This document shows, piece by piece, positions 19,917 through 29,102 of a stretch of 64,000 nucleotides of DNA. The notes under the pieces were generated by a model. The model was not told the DNA's origin, did no database searches, and was given only the letters and a program-made list of their open reading frames with translations. The position numbers were made by a program, and so were the translations under genes. Location of the stretch: NCBI GenBank assembly GCA_041664425.1, contig JBAYKU010000002.1, positions 13,142 to 77,141 on the forward strand, in the 5' to 3' direction. This stretch comes from Minisyncoccota bacterium (lineage in GTDB: Bacteria; Patescibacteriota; Minisyncoccia; Phycocordibacterales; XYD1-FULL-46-19). Every line of letters starts with the position of its first letter. Position 1 is the first letter of the stretch.

Positions 19917-21212
19917 ATGAATAACGAAGAAAGACTAGAAATAGAAGGTCTGGCTGGCCAGCGTGTCTTGTCGGGCACAATCCATGTTGGTGGAGCCAAG
20001 AATGCCATTCTTAAAGCCCTGGCTTCGACTATCTTGTTTGCCGACGAGGTGAACCTAACAAATGTACCAGACATTGAAGATGTCCGTCAGACAGTGAAAT
20101 TGTTAGCCGATTTAGGGGGGCAAGTTTCGGCGCCTGAGAAGCACTCATATTTGATTGACACTCAATCTTTGGATAAGACTGTTATTGCACCAGAAATTTC
20201 TAAAAAATTACGAGCCTCGATTGTGCTCACTGGTCCACTTCTGGCTCGTTTTGGTCGGGTCAGTTTTCCTCATCCTGGAGGTTGTGTGATCGGTAAGAGG
20301 CCGATTGATCTTTTTTTGGAAGGTTTCAAAGCGATGGGTGCTAAAGTGGAATTGAAAAATGAATTATATGAGATCGCTAGTACTGGTAGTAAGTTGCATG
20401 GTGCCAATATCTTCTTTAAAAATATTAGTGTTACTGCCACTGAGACTTTTTTGATGGCAGCGATTCTCGCTGAAGGTAAGACTGTGTTAAAAAACTGTGC
20501 TCTAGAACCAGAAATTGTTAGCTTGGGTGAATTTTTGAAAAAATGTGGGGCGCAGATTTCTGGTTTAGGTACTCCCACTATTGAAATAGTCGGCGGTGAT
20601 TTATTGCTCAGTCAAGGTCAGATTTATCAAACTGTGCCTGATCGGATTGAAGCTGGCAGTTTCTTGGTTTTGGCGGGGCTTTTGGCTAAAGATATGACGA
20701 TTGCTGATTGCCGACCAGATCATCTCGATGCGGTAATAGAATTTTTGCATCACAGTGGAGTCAAAATGGAAATCGGCGAGAATTATATTCGAGTGCGAGA
20801 TAACGATTCTGGTAATTTTGTCGCTAATGATTTAAAAACCCACGAGTACCCAGGTTTCCCGACTGACTTACAAGCCCCCATGACGGTCTTTCTGACTCAG
20901 GCTAAAGGTCAAAGTTTTGTTTTTGAAACTATTTTTGAAGGTCGTCTCAATCATCTCGAATCACTCGAGCGGATGGGGGCTAAAGTTAAAATTCTCGATT
21001 CGCATCGCGCGATTATTGATGGTCCGAGTGATTTGTCTGGCCGAGAATTAATCAGTCCCGACTTGCGAGCAGGTTTGGCTTATATTATTTCTGGCTTAGT
21101 CGCCAAGGGTCAGACCAATGTTCACAATGTTGGTTATATTGATCGGGGCTATGAAGATATCGAAGGCCGACTGAATGCCCTAGGAGCGAATATAAAAAGA
21201 ATCAGAATTTAA
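19917..21212 (+). CDS. murA: UDP-N-acetylglucosamine 1-carboxyvinyltransferase
   Basis: Motifs GAKNA, RASI...GPLLAR, PGGCVIGKRP, YPGFPTDLQ and DLRAG. Confidence 0.98.
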   Translation: MNNEERLEIEGLAGQRVLSGTIHVGGAKNAILKALASTILFADEVNLTNVPDIEDVRQTVKLLADLGGQVSAPEKHSYLIDTQSLDKTVIAPEISKKLRASIVLTGPLLARFGRVSFPHPGGCVIGKRPIDLFLEGFKAMGAKVELKNELYEIASTGSKLHGANIFFKNISVTATETFLMAAILAEGKTVLKNCALEPEIVSLGEFLKKCGAQISGLGTPTIEIVGGDLLLSQGQIYQTVPDRIEAGSFLVLAGLLAKDMTIADCRPDHLDAVIEFLHHSGVKMEIGENYIRVRDNDSGNFVANDLKTHEYPGFPTDLQAPMTVFLTQAKGQSFVFETIFEGRLNHLESLERMGAKVKILDSHRAIIDGPSDLSGRELISPDLRAGLAYIISGLVAKGQTNVHNVGYIDRGYEDIEGRLNALGANIKRIRI

Positions 21213-21222
21213 CCAAATTCTT

Positions 21223-21565
21223 AATTGATTGCAAAACTTGTCGAAGGCACACCTTTTTAAGGGGGCAAGTTCACCCTGTAGAGTAAATTTGCTTTGCAAA
21301 TTTAGCTTTGCTACTCGACAGGGTGAACCCTATGGAATAGCAAAGCGAAATTTGTCAAAAACTTTCAATTATGAGGAAAGTCTTTTCAAGGGGGTCGTGA
21401 GTGTGACGACACGAACGTTTCAGCTTTTCTTAAGCTTCAAGAAAAGCGTACCCTTAAAAAGAGCTTGCCGAGTAAAGAGTTTTTGAACAAATTTATTCTA
21501 TAGGGCAGGAAAAAATACCCGTACCCTTAAAAAGGTGTGCCGAGTAAAAAGTTTTGTAATCAATT
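21223..21565. repeat. Nested miniature inverted-repeat elements
   Basis: Outer IRs 21223-21239/21549-21565 (16/17) and 21246-21263/21524-21541 (18/18). Inner ACCCY elements at 21270-21327 and 21328-21505. Confidence 0.8.
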
Positions 21566-21612
21566 TTAGAGCTTGGACAAAATCAAGATTTGCTTTAGTA
21601 TGAGCGGTATCT

Positions 21613-22626
21613 ATGTCATTCTTTATCCGAAAATTGGGGATCGATCTGGGAACGGCCAATACCCTAGTTTATGTGCCTGGTAAGGGGATAGTTCTCAACG
21701 AACCATCGGTAGTGGCGGTTAATCTAGCTGATAATAGGGTGGTAGCGGTGGGGATGGAAGCCAAGGATATGGTGGGTAAGACTCCTGACACTATTATGGC
21801 TTATAAGCCCATGAAAGATGGGGTAATTGCTGACTATCGGATTACGGAGGCCATGTTGCGTTACTATATTGGTAAAGCTTTGGGAAAATTTAATATTATT
21901 AAGCCAGATATTATGGTGTCCGTGCCTGCCGGCATCACTTCGACTGAGCGACGGGCGGTGATCGAAGCGACCATGCGGGCTGGTGCTAAAAATGCCTATG
22001 TGGTCAAAGAGCCAATCTTGGCGGCCATTGGTGCTGGCATCCCAATTTATGAAGCCAAGGGGCATATGGTAGTAGATATTGGTGGAGGTACGACTGATGT
22101 GGCGGTTATTTCTCTCGGTGGTATTGTGGCTTCGACTTCGGTCAAACATGCTGGTAACAAAATTGATCAAGCGATTACTGATTATATAAAGAAAACTTTT
22201 AATTTAGCTATCGGTGATAAGACTGCTGAGGATGTAAAGATGTCTATCGGTTCAGCTGTGCCGGTCGAAGATGAATTAACCTATGTGATTAAAGGGAGAG
22301 ATTTTTTGACTGGCCTACCTCGTTCGGTAGAGGTCAAAACTAATGAGATTGTCCAAGCGATTGATGTGGAACTACGGGAAATGGTCAAAGCTATCAAGGC
22401 TGTTTTCCAAGACACACCCCCAGAGTTATCGGCTGATATTATTGAACGAGGAATTATTATGACGGGTGGTTCATCAATGTTGCGTAATTTACCGGAATTG
22501 GTTTATCGCCGGACTGGGGTGCGAGCTTATTTGGCTGAGGAGGCTTTGTATTGTGTTGCCAAAGGGACCGGTATCGCTCTCAACCACCTAGACACCTATA
22601 AGAAAAGTATTATCGCCAAACGCTAA
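21613..22626 (+). CDS. mreB: Rod shape-determining protein MreB/Mbl, paralog 1
   Basis: Motifs GIDLGTANT, EPSVVA, VDIGGGTTD and TPPEL. Confidence 0.95.
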   Translation: MSFFIRKLGIDLGTANTLVYVPGKGIVLNEPSVVAVNLADNRVVAVGMEAKDMVGKTPDTIMAYKPMKDGVIADYRITEAMLRYYIGKALGKFNIIKPDIMVSVPAGITSTERRAVIEATMRAGAKNAYVVKEPILAAIGAGIPIYEAKGHMVVDIGGGTTDVAVISLGGIVASTSVKHAGNKIDQAITDYIKKTFNLAIGDKTAEDVKMSIGSAVPVEDELTYVIKGRDFLTGLPRSVEVKTNEIVQAIDVELREMVKAIKAVFQDTPPELSADIIERGIIMTGGSSMLRNLPELVYRRTGVRAYLAEEALYCVAKGTGIALNHLDTYKKSIIAKR

Positions 22627-22634
22627 AGAGCGTG

Positions 22635-22729
22635 GATTGATGTAGATTCACCTGCCTAAATTCTTGTCCACCTAAGTTTTATGAAATAAAATTTTGGTGG
22701 ATAAACGAAGCAAAAATTAGGTGGGTAAA
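22635..22729. repeat. CCACC...GGTGG hairpin repeat with a second copy nested inside
   Basis: Outer gattgatgtagattcacctgcctaaatt...aaaaattaggtgggtaaa matches 39630-39685. Inner copy at 22664-22704. Confidence 0.65.
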
Positions 22730-22738
22730 CGCAAATTT

Positions 22739-23467
22739 ATGCAGATAGATCTAGAATTAAAAAATCATCAAACCCTTGGAAAACTCCACCACGCTTACTT
22801 GCTGGTTGGTGGTTCTTCGCAAATTCTGCCGGCTCTAGATAATTTTTTAAGTTCAATTTTCCCCGAGTCACTCGATTTAAAATCCAATCCTGATATTTTG
22901 TGGTTTACCAAAGATCGCTTGGCTAAAGATGACGCCCGTTTTTTGCGTAGTTTTCAGACGGGTAAAGATTTTGCGGGTCGAGGTCGCTACTTAGTAGTGT
23001 CTTTCTCGGCGATGGATAATGAACCCCAAGAAGTGTTGTTGAAAACTTTAGAGGAGCCGGCGACTGATAGTCATTTTTTTCTGGTAGTCCCGTCGGCTGA
23101 TTTTTTCCGTCCAACCATTTTGTCTCGTGTCTACCGTTTAGATGCGACAGCTGAAATAAGCGAAGAAGATAATGGCGATTTAGAAAAATTCTTAGGTTTG
23201 GATCCGGCTGAGCGGGGAGATTATTTACTAAAAACCTTTTTGAGTGATGGCCAGATTAAAGATCGCGCCGGCTTACTTGATTGGATCAATCGATTGGAAG
23301 TTTTTATTAGAGAGCGAGTTGATCTTAAGCTGATTTCCGATAACATGGCTTTGGTTTTTAAAGAAATATTTTTAGCTAAAAAACTGCTCAATGGCCCGCG
23401 AGCCTCGGCTAAAATGATTTTGGAACATTTGGCCCTGGTCACACCAGTGATGAGAAAAACTAAATAA
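22739..23467 (+). CDS. holB: DNA polymerase III delta'-like subunit (degenerate)
   Basis: Motifs LHHAYLL, NPD, LLKTLEEP and PTILSR. Confidence 0.75.
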   Translation: MQIDLELKNHQTLGKLHHAYLLVGGSSQILPALDNFLSSIFPESLDLKSNPDILWFTKDRLAKDDARFLRSFQTGKDFAGRGRYLVVSFSAMDNEPQEVLLKTLEEPATDSHFFLVVPSADFFRPTILSRVYRLDATAEISEEDNGDLEKFLGLDPAERGDYLLKTFLSDGQIKDRAGLLDWINRLEVFIRERVDLKLISDNMALVFKEIFLAKKLLNGPRASAKMILEHLALVTPVMRKTK

Positions 23468-23566
23468 TTTTTAGCTTAAGAGCTTGGATTTTAAAGGTTT
23501 TTGTACTAAAATTCAGCCAGTAGATTTAACTTACTACTTTATTACTTAATACTTACTACTTATTTT

Positions 23567-24118
23567 ATGGCCTATAACTTTTCCGAATTTAAAACTCATT
23601 TAGCTGAAATCGAAGTCTGGCTCTCTGGCGAATATGGCGGTATCCGCACCGGCAAGGCTTCACCAGCCCTCCTCGACTCAGTCATGGTTGATTCCTATGG
23701 TAGTAAACTGCCGATTAAACACGTGGCCGCTATTAGCACCGAAGATGCCCTAACCCTGCGTATTACCCCCTGGGACAAGTCTCAGGTGAAGGGGATAGAG
23801 ACAGCTATCGCTGCGGCCAATATTGGCGTCTCGACTGCCCCAGACTCGGAAGGTATTCGAGTCATTTTCCCCACTTTGACTGAGGAACGACGTAAAATGC
23901 TGATCAAGCTAACCAATGAAAAACTAGAAGAAGCTCGTATTTCCATGCGCAAGGAACGAGAAAAAACCTGGAACGAAGTTCAGGAGATGGAGCGTAGCGG
24001 TGGTATTGGTGAAGATGTAAAGTTCCGTTTGAAAGAAGAATTGCAGAAAATTGTTGACGAAGGCAATCTCAAATTTGACGGCCTAGCATCTAAAAAGCGG
24101 GAGGAGATAGAAGGGTAA
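23567..24118 (+). CDS. frr: Ribosome recycling factor
   Basis: Motifs IRTGKASPALLD, PWDKS and PTLTEERR. Confidence 0.96.
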   Translation: MAYNFSEFKTHLAEIEVWLSGEYGGIRTGKASPALLDSVMVDSYGSKLPIKHVAAISTEDALTLRITPWDKSQVKGIETAIAAANIGVSTAPDSEGIRVIFPTLTEERRKMLIKLTNEKLEEARISMRKEREKTWNEVQEMERSGGIGEDVKFRLKEELQKIVDEGNLKFDGLASKKREEIEG

Positions 24119-24138
24119 AATAAGTAGTAAGTAAAAAA

Positions 24139-24513
24139 ATGATAAGCAACCAAGAAAAAAATGAAAAAGAAGCGACAGAGGCCGTTTCTTTTTTAGGACA
24201 AATAGTGAAGGTCCAAATCGATAGAGCCAAGGGGACCAAACATCCCAAGCATGGTTTTAGTTATGATGCCAATTATGGTTTCGTTCCCAATACTATTTCT
24301 CCGGATGGTGAAGAACTAGACGCCTATGTTTTAGGAATAGAAGAACCAGTGAGTGATTTTGAAGGTAAATGCGTCGCTGTTATCCACAGGACTAATGATG
24401 AAGATGATAAATTAGTAGTCATTCCTAAAGAAATGAATAGTATTTCTGACGATGAAATCCGTCGGCAAACAAATTTTCAAGAACAGTTTTTTGAATCAAT
24501 TATTATTAGGTAG
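24139..24513 (+). CDS. ppa: Inorganic pyrophosphatase (short family I)
   Basis: Motifs NYGFVPNT.SPDGEELDAYVL and DDKLVV. Confidence 0.88.
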   Translation: MISNQEKNEKEATEAVSFLGQIVKVQIDRAKGTKHPKHGFSYDANYGFVPNTISPDGEELDAYVLGIEEPVSDFEGKCVAVIHRTNDEDDKLVVIPKEMNSISDDEIRRQTNFQEQFFESIIIR

Positions 24514-24544
24514 TTTTTAGATTGTATTTTTAATTTTAAATAAA

Positions 24545-25651
24545 TTGCTTACTTTAATTATCTTTCTGTTTGTTCTCGGGTTGCTGATTATGGTCCATGA
24601 GTTGGGACATTTTTTAGCGGCTAAAAAGGCGGGGGTTCGCGTGGACGAATTTGGCTTTGGCTTCCCGCCTAAATTGTGGTCCAAGAAAATCGGGGAGACG
24701 ACCTACTCGCTCAATTGGATTCCCTTTGGTGGTTTCGTTAAAATTCTCGGCGAGAATCCTGATGAACCATTACCTGAAGAAGATAAAAAGAGAGCCCTGA
24801 CTGCCAAGCCAAAAATCCTCCAAGCCTGGGTTTTATTTGCTGGTGTTTTTTGTAACTTCCTTTTGGCGTGGCTTCTGCTCTCGTTGGGACTTTTGGTGGG
24901 GCTACCAGTCGAAAGTTCTTCGGCTCAGCAATTTTTTGGCCGAGTCAATGAAAATCATCTAGTTGTCACTTCTGTTTTGAAAAATTATCCCGCTGGTCAG
25001 TCTGGCATTATGGCTGGTGACGAGATTATGGGTATTTCGGCTGGTGAAAAAACTATCAAGCCCTTAACCGCCGAAGAAGCGACCACTTTCATTCGTGGCC
25101 AAGCTGGGCATGATGTTTCTTTTAATATCAAACGCAAATTAGTCGGGGGAGTAGAAGAAAGGAAAATTTCGGTTTTACCAAAAATTGAAGATAAAAAAGC
25201 GGTGGTGGGAGTGACGATGGAAAGCGTCGGCCTAGTGCGATCAGTTTGGTATCAGGCCCCATGGGACGGTTTAAAACTGTCTGCTTACCTGACTATTGAA
25301 ACTGCCAAAGGTTTAGGCCACTTCTTTGGACAAATCTTTACCTCTGGTGGCTCGGCTTTTGGTTCGGTCGCTGGTCCAGTCGGGCTCTTTGGGATTATCG
25401 GTGACGCTTCCAAGCTCGGGATTGTTTATCTCATGTCTTTTGTGGCCCTGTTGTCAATCAACTTGGCGATTATCAATCTCGTGCCTTTTCCCGCTCTTGA
25501 TGGAGGACGATTGTTGTTTATCGCTATCGAAGCCATCATCCGCCGTCCGCTCAATCCCAAATTTGCCGGCTGGGCCAATGCTATTGGTTTCTTTCTCTTA
25601 ATCGGACTGATGGTAGTGATCTCCTATTTCGACGTGGCGAGGTTGTTGTAG
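24545..25651 (+). CDS. rseP: RIP metalloprotease RseP (M50) with PDZ domain
   Basis: Motifs HELGH, IPFGGFV, AG.FCN and NLVPFPALDGG. Confidence 0.95.
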   Translation: MLTLIIFLFVLGLLIMVHELGHFLAAKKAGVRVDEFGFGFPPKLWSKKIGETTYSLNWIPFGGFVKILGENPDEPLPEEDKKRALTAKPKILQAWVLFAGVFCNFLLAWLLLSLGLLVGLPVESSSAQQFFGRVNENHLVVTSVLKNYPAGQSGIMAGDEIMGISAGEKTIKPLTAEEATTFIRGQAGHDVSFNIKRKLVGGVEERKISVLPKIEDKKAVVGVTMESVGLVRSVWYQAPWDGLKLSAYLTIETAKGLGHFFGQIFTSGGSAFGSVAGPVGLFGIIGDASKLGIVYLMSFVALLSINLAIINLVPFPALDGGRLLFIAIEAIIRRPLNPKFAGWANAIGFFLLIGLMVVISYFDVARLL

Positions 25652-25747
25652 CTATTGAACCCCTATTGAATCTGCAGGCTAGGCGCCTAAAAACGCCTAG
25701 CCTTTTGCTTTGACCCATTGGCGCTTTTGCGTTAAGATAAGCCCAAC

Positions 25748-26998
25748 ATGCTTCAATCTAAACTCTTTACCAAAACACGTCGTGAGGACCCCAAAGATGA
25801 GGTCGCTAAAAATGCTCGCTTACTAATCCGAGCGGGTTTTATTCATAAGGAGGCCGCTGGAATTTATTCGCTTTTACCGCTCGGTTTAAGGACGATCAAT
25901 AAAATCAATCAGATTGTGCGCGAGGAAATGAACGCCCTCGGTGCCAATGAACTGCAAATGACCGCTTTGCAAAATCCGGAGATTTGGCAAAAGACTGATC
26001 GTTGGTCGGGAGACAAAATGGATGTATGGTTTAAGACCGCCCTAAACGGTGGTGGCGAGCTGGGTCTCGGTTTTACCCACGAAGAAGCGATCACGACCAT
26101 TGCCAGTGATCATGTTAATTCCTACAAAGACTTACCTTTCTCGGCTTATCAAATTCAAACCAAGTTTAGAAACGAAGCACGGGCCAAAAGCGGTATTATG
26201 CGCGGACGGGAATTTTTAATGAAGGATCTATACTCTTTTCATACCAGCGAAGCTGATTTGGAAGTTTTTTACGAGAAAGCTACTCAGGCCTACAAAAATA
26301 TTTTTACTCGTCTGGGGATTGGTGATAAAACTTTTCTAACTTTTGCCACGGGTGGGTCTTTTTCAGAATTTAGTCACGAATTCCAAACTATTTGTGAAGT
26401 CGGTGAAGATACTATCTATGTTGATCGAGCCAAAGGCATCGCAGTCAACCAGGAAGTCTATAACGACGAGGTTTTGGCCAAACTCGACTTAGAGAAGAGC
26501 AAATTAGAAGAAGCTAAAGCGGTAGAAATCGGCAATATTTTCAAACTCGGTACCCGTTTTTCCGAACCTCTCGGTCTGACTTATTTGGATGAAAAAGGGG
26601 AGCGCCAGCCGGTGGTGATGGGTTGTTATGGTTTTGGCCCCAGCCGAGCCATGGGTTTACTGACGGAAGTTTTAGCTGATGATCAGGGTCTGGTCTGGCC
26701 ACTGTCAGTAGCGCCTTTTGCCCTACATCTGATTTCTTTAAATGAAAATGAAAAAGCGCTCGAGCTCTATAAAACTCTAACAGCTAAAGGTATCGAAGTT
26801 CTACTCGACGACCGTGAGGCTTCCGCTGGCGCTAAATTTGCCGATGCAGATTTACTGGGCATGCCCTATCGAGTGATCGTCAGCGCCAAGGGTCTAGCGG
26901 AAAACCAATATGAAATCAAAAATCGGGCGACCGGTGAGGTAAAAATGATGCCGACGTCAGAATTTGTGGCTTGGGTAGATGAAATCCTGCGACCATGA
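25748..26998 (+). CDS. proS: Proline--tRNA ligase (short, no insertion editing domain)
   Basis: Motifs THEE, QIQTKFRNE.R...GIMRGREF.MKD.YS, EIGNIFKLG and MGCYG. Confidence 0.96.
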   Translation: MLQSKLFTKTRREDPKDEVAKNARLLIRAGFIHKEAAGIYSLLPLGLRTINKINQIVREEMNALGANELQMTALQNPEIWQKTDRWSGDKMDVWFKTALNGGGELGLGFTHEEAITTIASDHVNSYKDLPFSAYQIQTKFRNEARAKSGIMRGREFLMKDLYSFHTSEADLEVFYEKATQAYKNIFTRLGIGDKTFLTFATGGSFSEFSHEFQTICEVGEDTIYVDRAKGIAVNQEVYNDEVLAKLDLEKSKLEEAKAVEIGNIFKLGTRFSEPLGLTYLDEKGERQPVVMGCYGFGPSRAMGLLTEVLADDQGLVWPLSVAPFALHLISLNENEKALELYKTLTAKGIEVLLDDREASAGAKFADADLLGMPYRVIVSAKGLAENQYEIKNRATGEVKMMPTSEFVAWVDEILRP

Positions 26999-28047
26999 TG
27001 GAAAAACTGTACAAAATGTTTTCCAACGATATCGGGATTGATCTCGGTACCGCGACGACGCTCGTTTATGTCAAGGGGCAGGGAATAGTCGCTGTCGAGC
27101 CTTCAATCGTGGCGGTCAATCAAAAAACTGGTCGCGTGGTAGCAGTAGGCAACGATGCTAGTCAAATGATTGGTCGCACTCCCGCTCACATTACCGCGGT
27201 CCGACCCCTGATCAATGGCGTGGTCTCAAACTTTGAAGTAGCCGAAGAAATGCTCGCTTATTTTATTCGTCGAGCGCTAGAACGTTCCAAAAATAAATTT
27301 TTTCGACCACGATTGGTGATTGGAGTGCCTTCTGATATTACTAATGTCGAGCGTCGGGCGGTGCGTGATGCGGCTAAAAATGCCGGTGCGCGCGAGGTGC
27401 ATATTATCGAAGAGCCGATGGCCGCTTCGCTCGGTATCCGTTTGCCGGTTTATGATCCGGTGGGTAGCATGATTATTGATATTGGTGGCGGAACGACCGA
27501 TATCGCCGTTATTTCTCTCGGTGGTATCGTAAAATCAAAAAATCTTCATATCGCTGGAGAGAAACTCAATCAGGATATTATTTCCTATGTTCGTGATGAA
27601 TTTAAAATTTTATTGGGTGAAAAGACCGCTGAGGATGTAAAGATTTCCATTGGTTCTGTTTATAAACTATTAGAACCAATGGAAGCGACGATTCGCGGTC
27701 GTGATTTAGTGACTGGTCTGCCACGTGAAGTGATTATTACCGATAGTGATATCCGGGAAGCAATTTCTCCCTCCATTGATATTTTTATTGATGCGGTCAA
27801 GGAGGTGCTCGAATCTACCCCGCCAGAAGTCATCTCCGATATTATGGTGCGAGGAGTGGTGATCGTCGGTGGCGGTGCTCGTATTCATGGGATGAAGGAA
27901 TTATTAGAGAAAGAGCTGGAAGTGCCTATTCATATGGTAGAGGACCCTATAACGGCAGTCGTCCGAGGGACAGGAGTTATCCTCGAGGATATTGAGCGTT
28001 ATCGTGATATTCTAATTGACAACGAAGATGAATTACCGCCGCGCTGA
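26995..28047 (+). CDS. mreB: Rod shape-determining protein MreB, paralog 2
   Basis: Motifs GIDLGTATT, IEEPMAA and DIGGGTTD. First gene of the mreBC(D)-mrdA cluster. Confidence 0.95.
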   Translation: MMEKLYKMFSNDIGIDLGTATTLVYVKGQGIVAVEPSIVAVNQKTGRVVAVGNDASQMIGRTPAHITAVRPLINGVVSNFEVAEEMLAYFIRRALERSKNKFFRPRLVIGVPSDITNVERRAVRDAAKNAGAREVHIIEEPMAASLGIRLPVYDPVGSMIIDIGGGTTDIAVISLGGIVKSKNLHIAGEKLNQDIISYVRDEFKILLGEKTAEDVKISIGSVYKLLEPMEATIRGRDLVTGLPREVIITDSDIREAISPSIDIFIDAVKEVLESTPPEVISDIMVRGVVIVGGGARIHGMKELLEKELEVPIHMVEDPITAVVRGTGVILEDIERYRDILIDNEDELPPR

Positions 28048-28837
28048 CAATCGCCAATCGCCTCGTCATTTTGGCTGGAGTTTTTTGATTCTGGCCGTGG
28101 TTTTGTTGATGCTTTATTTTTTGGGTCCAATGTTGAACAAATGGCTTTTTCCACCCCTCCAGACTGTTAGTCAGCCTATTTTATCTATGGCCGGAGCCAC
28201 TGGCCAAGCGGCTGATGGAATCGGGCAATTTTTCCGTTTTAAAAAGAATTTGATTGCTGATAACAAAAAATTAACCGAAGAAAACACTCGTTTAAAAAAT
28301 CTTTGGTTGGCCAACCGTAAAGTAGAACAAGAAAATGTTGAGTTAAAAAAATTGGTTGGTTTGAATAAGGCCCAACGGGCTCCGCTTCTGGTAGAAGTTT
28401 TAGTTAAACCGATTACCACTCCTCACGATATTCTTTTAATTGATCTGGGTCTGGAAGGGGCAGAAAAAATTAAAGTGGGCGACAAAGTGGGGTCTGGTGG
28501 TGGTTCTATTTTATTGGGTGAAGTCGCTGAGCTCTTTGGTCAAACCGCCAAGGTTAAAATGTATTCTACTTTTGGTTCGCAGATTGCTGTCTCGGTTGGT
28601 CCCCACCATATTCCGGGGATTGCTGTCGGACAGGGTAGTGGTAATTTTTCCCTGTCGCTTCCTCGAGGAACCGAAGTGGTGGTTGGTGATCCAGTGACCG
28701 CTAGTACTTATCATGATTTTTTACTTGGCAGTGTCGGGGCCGCTCAGTCGGCTTATTCCAATCCCTATCTCAAAGTAATGTTTCGTCTGCCAGTAAATAT
28801 CTATGAGTTAAAATGGGTAGAGGTTTATGGCCAATAA
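28028..28837 (+). CDS. mreC: Rod shape-determining protein MreC
   Basis: TM, coiled coil 'EN..LK...EN.ELK.L', IDLG beta domain, and synteny. Confidence 0.88.
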   Translation: MNYRRADNRQSPRHFGWSFLILAVVLLMLYFLGPMLNKWLFPPLQTVSQPILSMAGATGQAADGIGQFFRFKKNLIADNKKLTEENTRLKNLWLANRKVEQENVELKKLVGLNKAQRAPLLVEVLVKPITTPHDILLIDLGLEGAEKIKVGDKVGSGGGSILLGEVAELFGQTAKVKMYSTFGSQIAVSVGPHHIPGIAVGQGSGNFSLSLPRGTEVVVGDPVTASTYHDFLLGSVGAAQSAYSNPYLKVMFRLPVNIYELKWVEVYGQ

Positions 28838-29102
28838 AATATATTTACGCTGGGTCATCCTAGTTATCTTATGGTTTGTTCTCTTATATTGCCCGTGGTG
28901 GCTGTGGCTGATTTTAGTCCTGGGTTTAACTTTTAAATTTTCTTATTATTTGGAGTTACTTTTGCCCGCTCTATGGTATGACGTGGTCTTTGGCTTAGCC
29001 TCGGCTGATCGCTTTGGCACCCAGTTTGTCATGACCTTTGCCGTCTTGATCATTATTTGGTCTGTCGAACAAATAAAGAAGCTTCTAATTTTTTATCAAT
29101 AA
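28827..29102 (+). CDS. Short membrane protein in the MreD position
   Basis: 91-aa hydrophobic protein between mreC and mrdA. 'L.YD..FG.....FG' resembles MreD. Confidence 0.55.
   Translation: MANKIYLRWVILVILWFVLLYCPWWLWLILVLGLTFKFSYYLELLLPALWYDVVFGLASADRFGTQFVMTFAVLIIIWSVEQIKKLLIFYQ

Noticed and set aside
21229-21486. 85-aa ORF between murA and mreB
   Set aside because: It lies entirely within nested inverted repeats, has a TTG start and no protein-like features.
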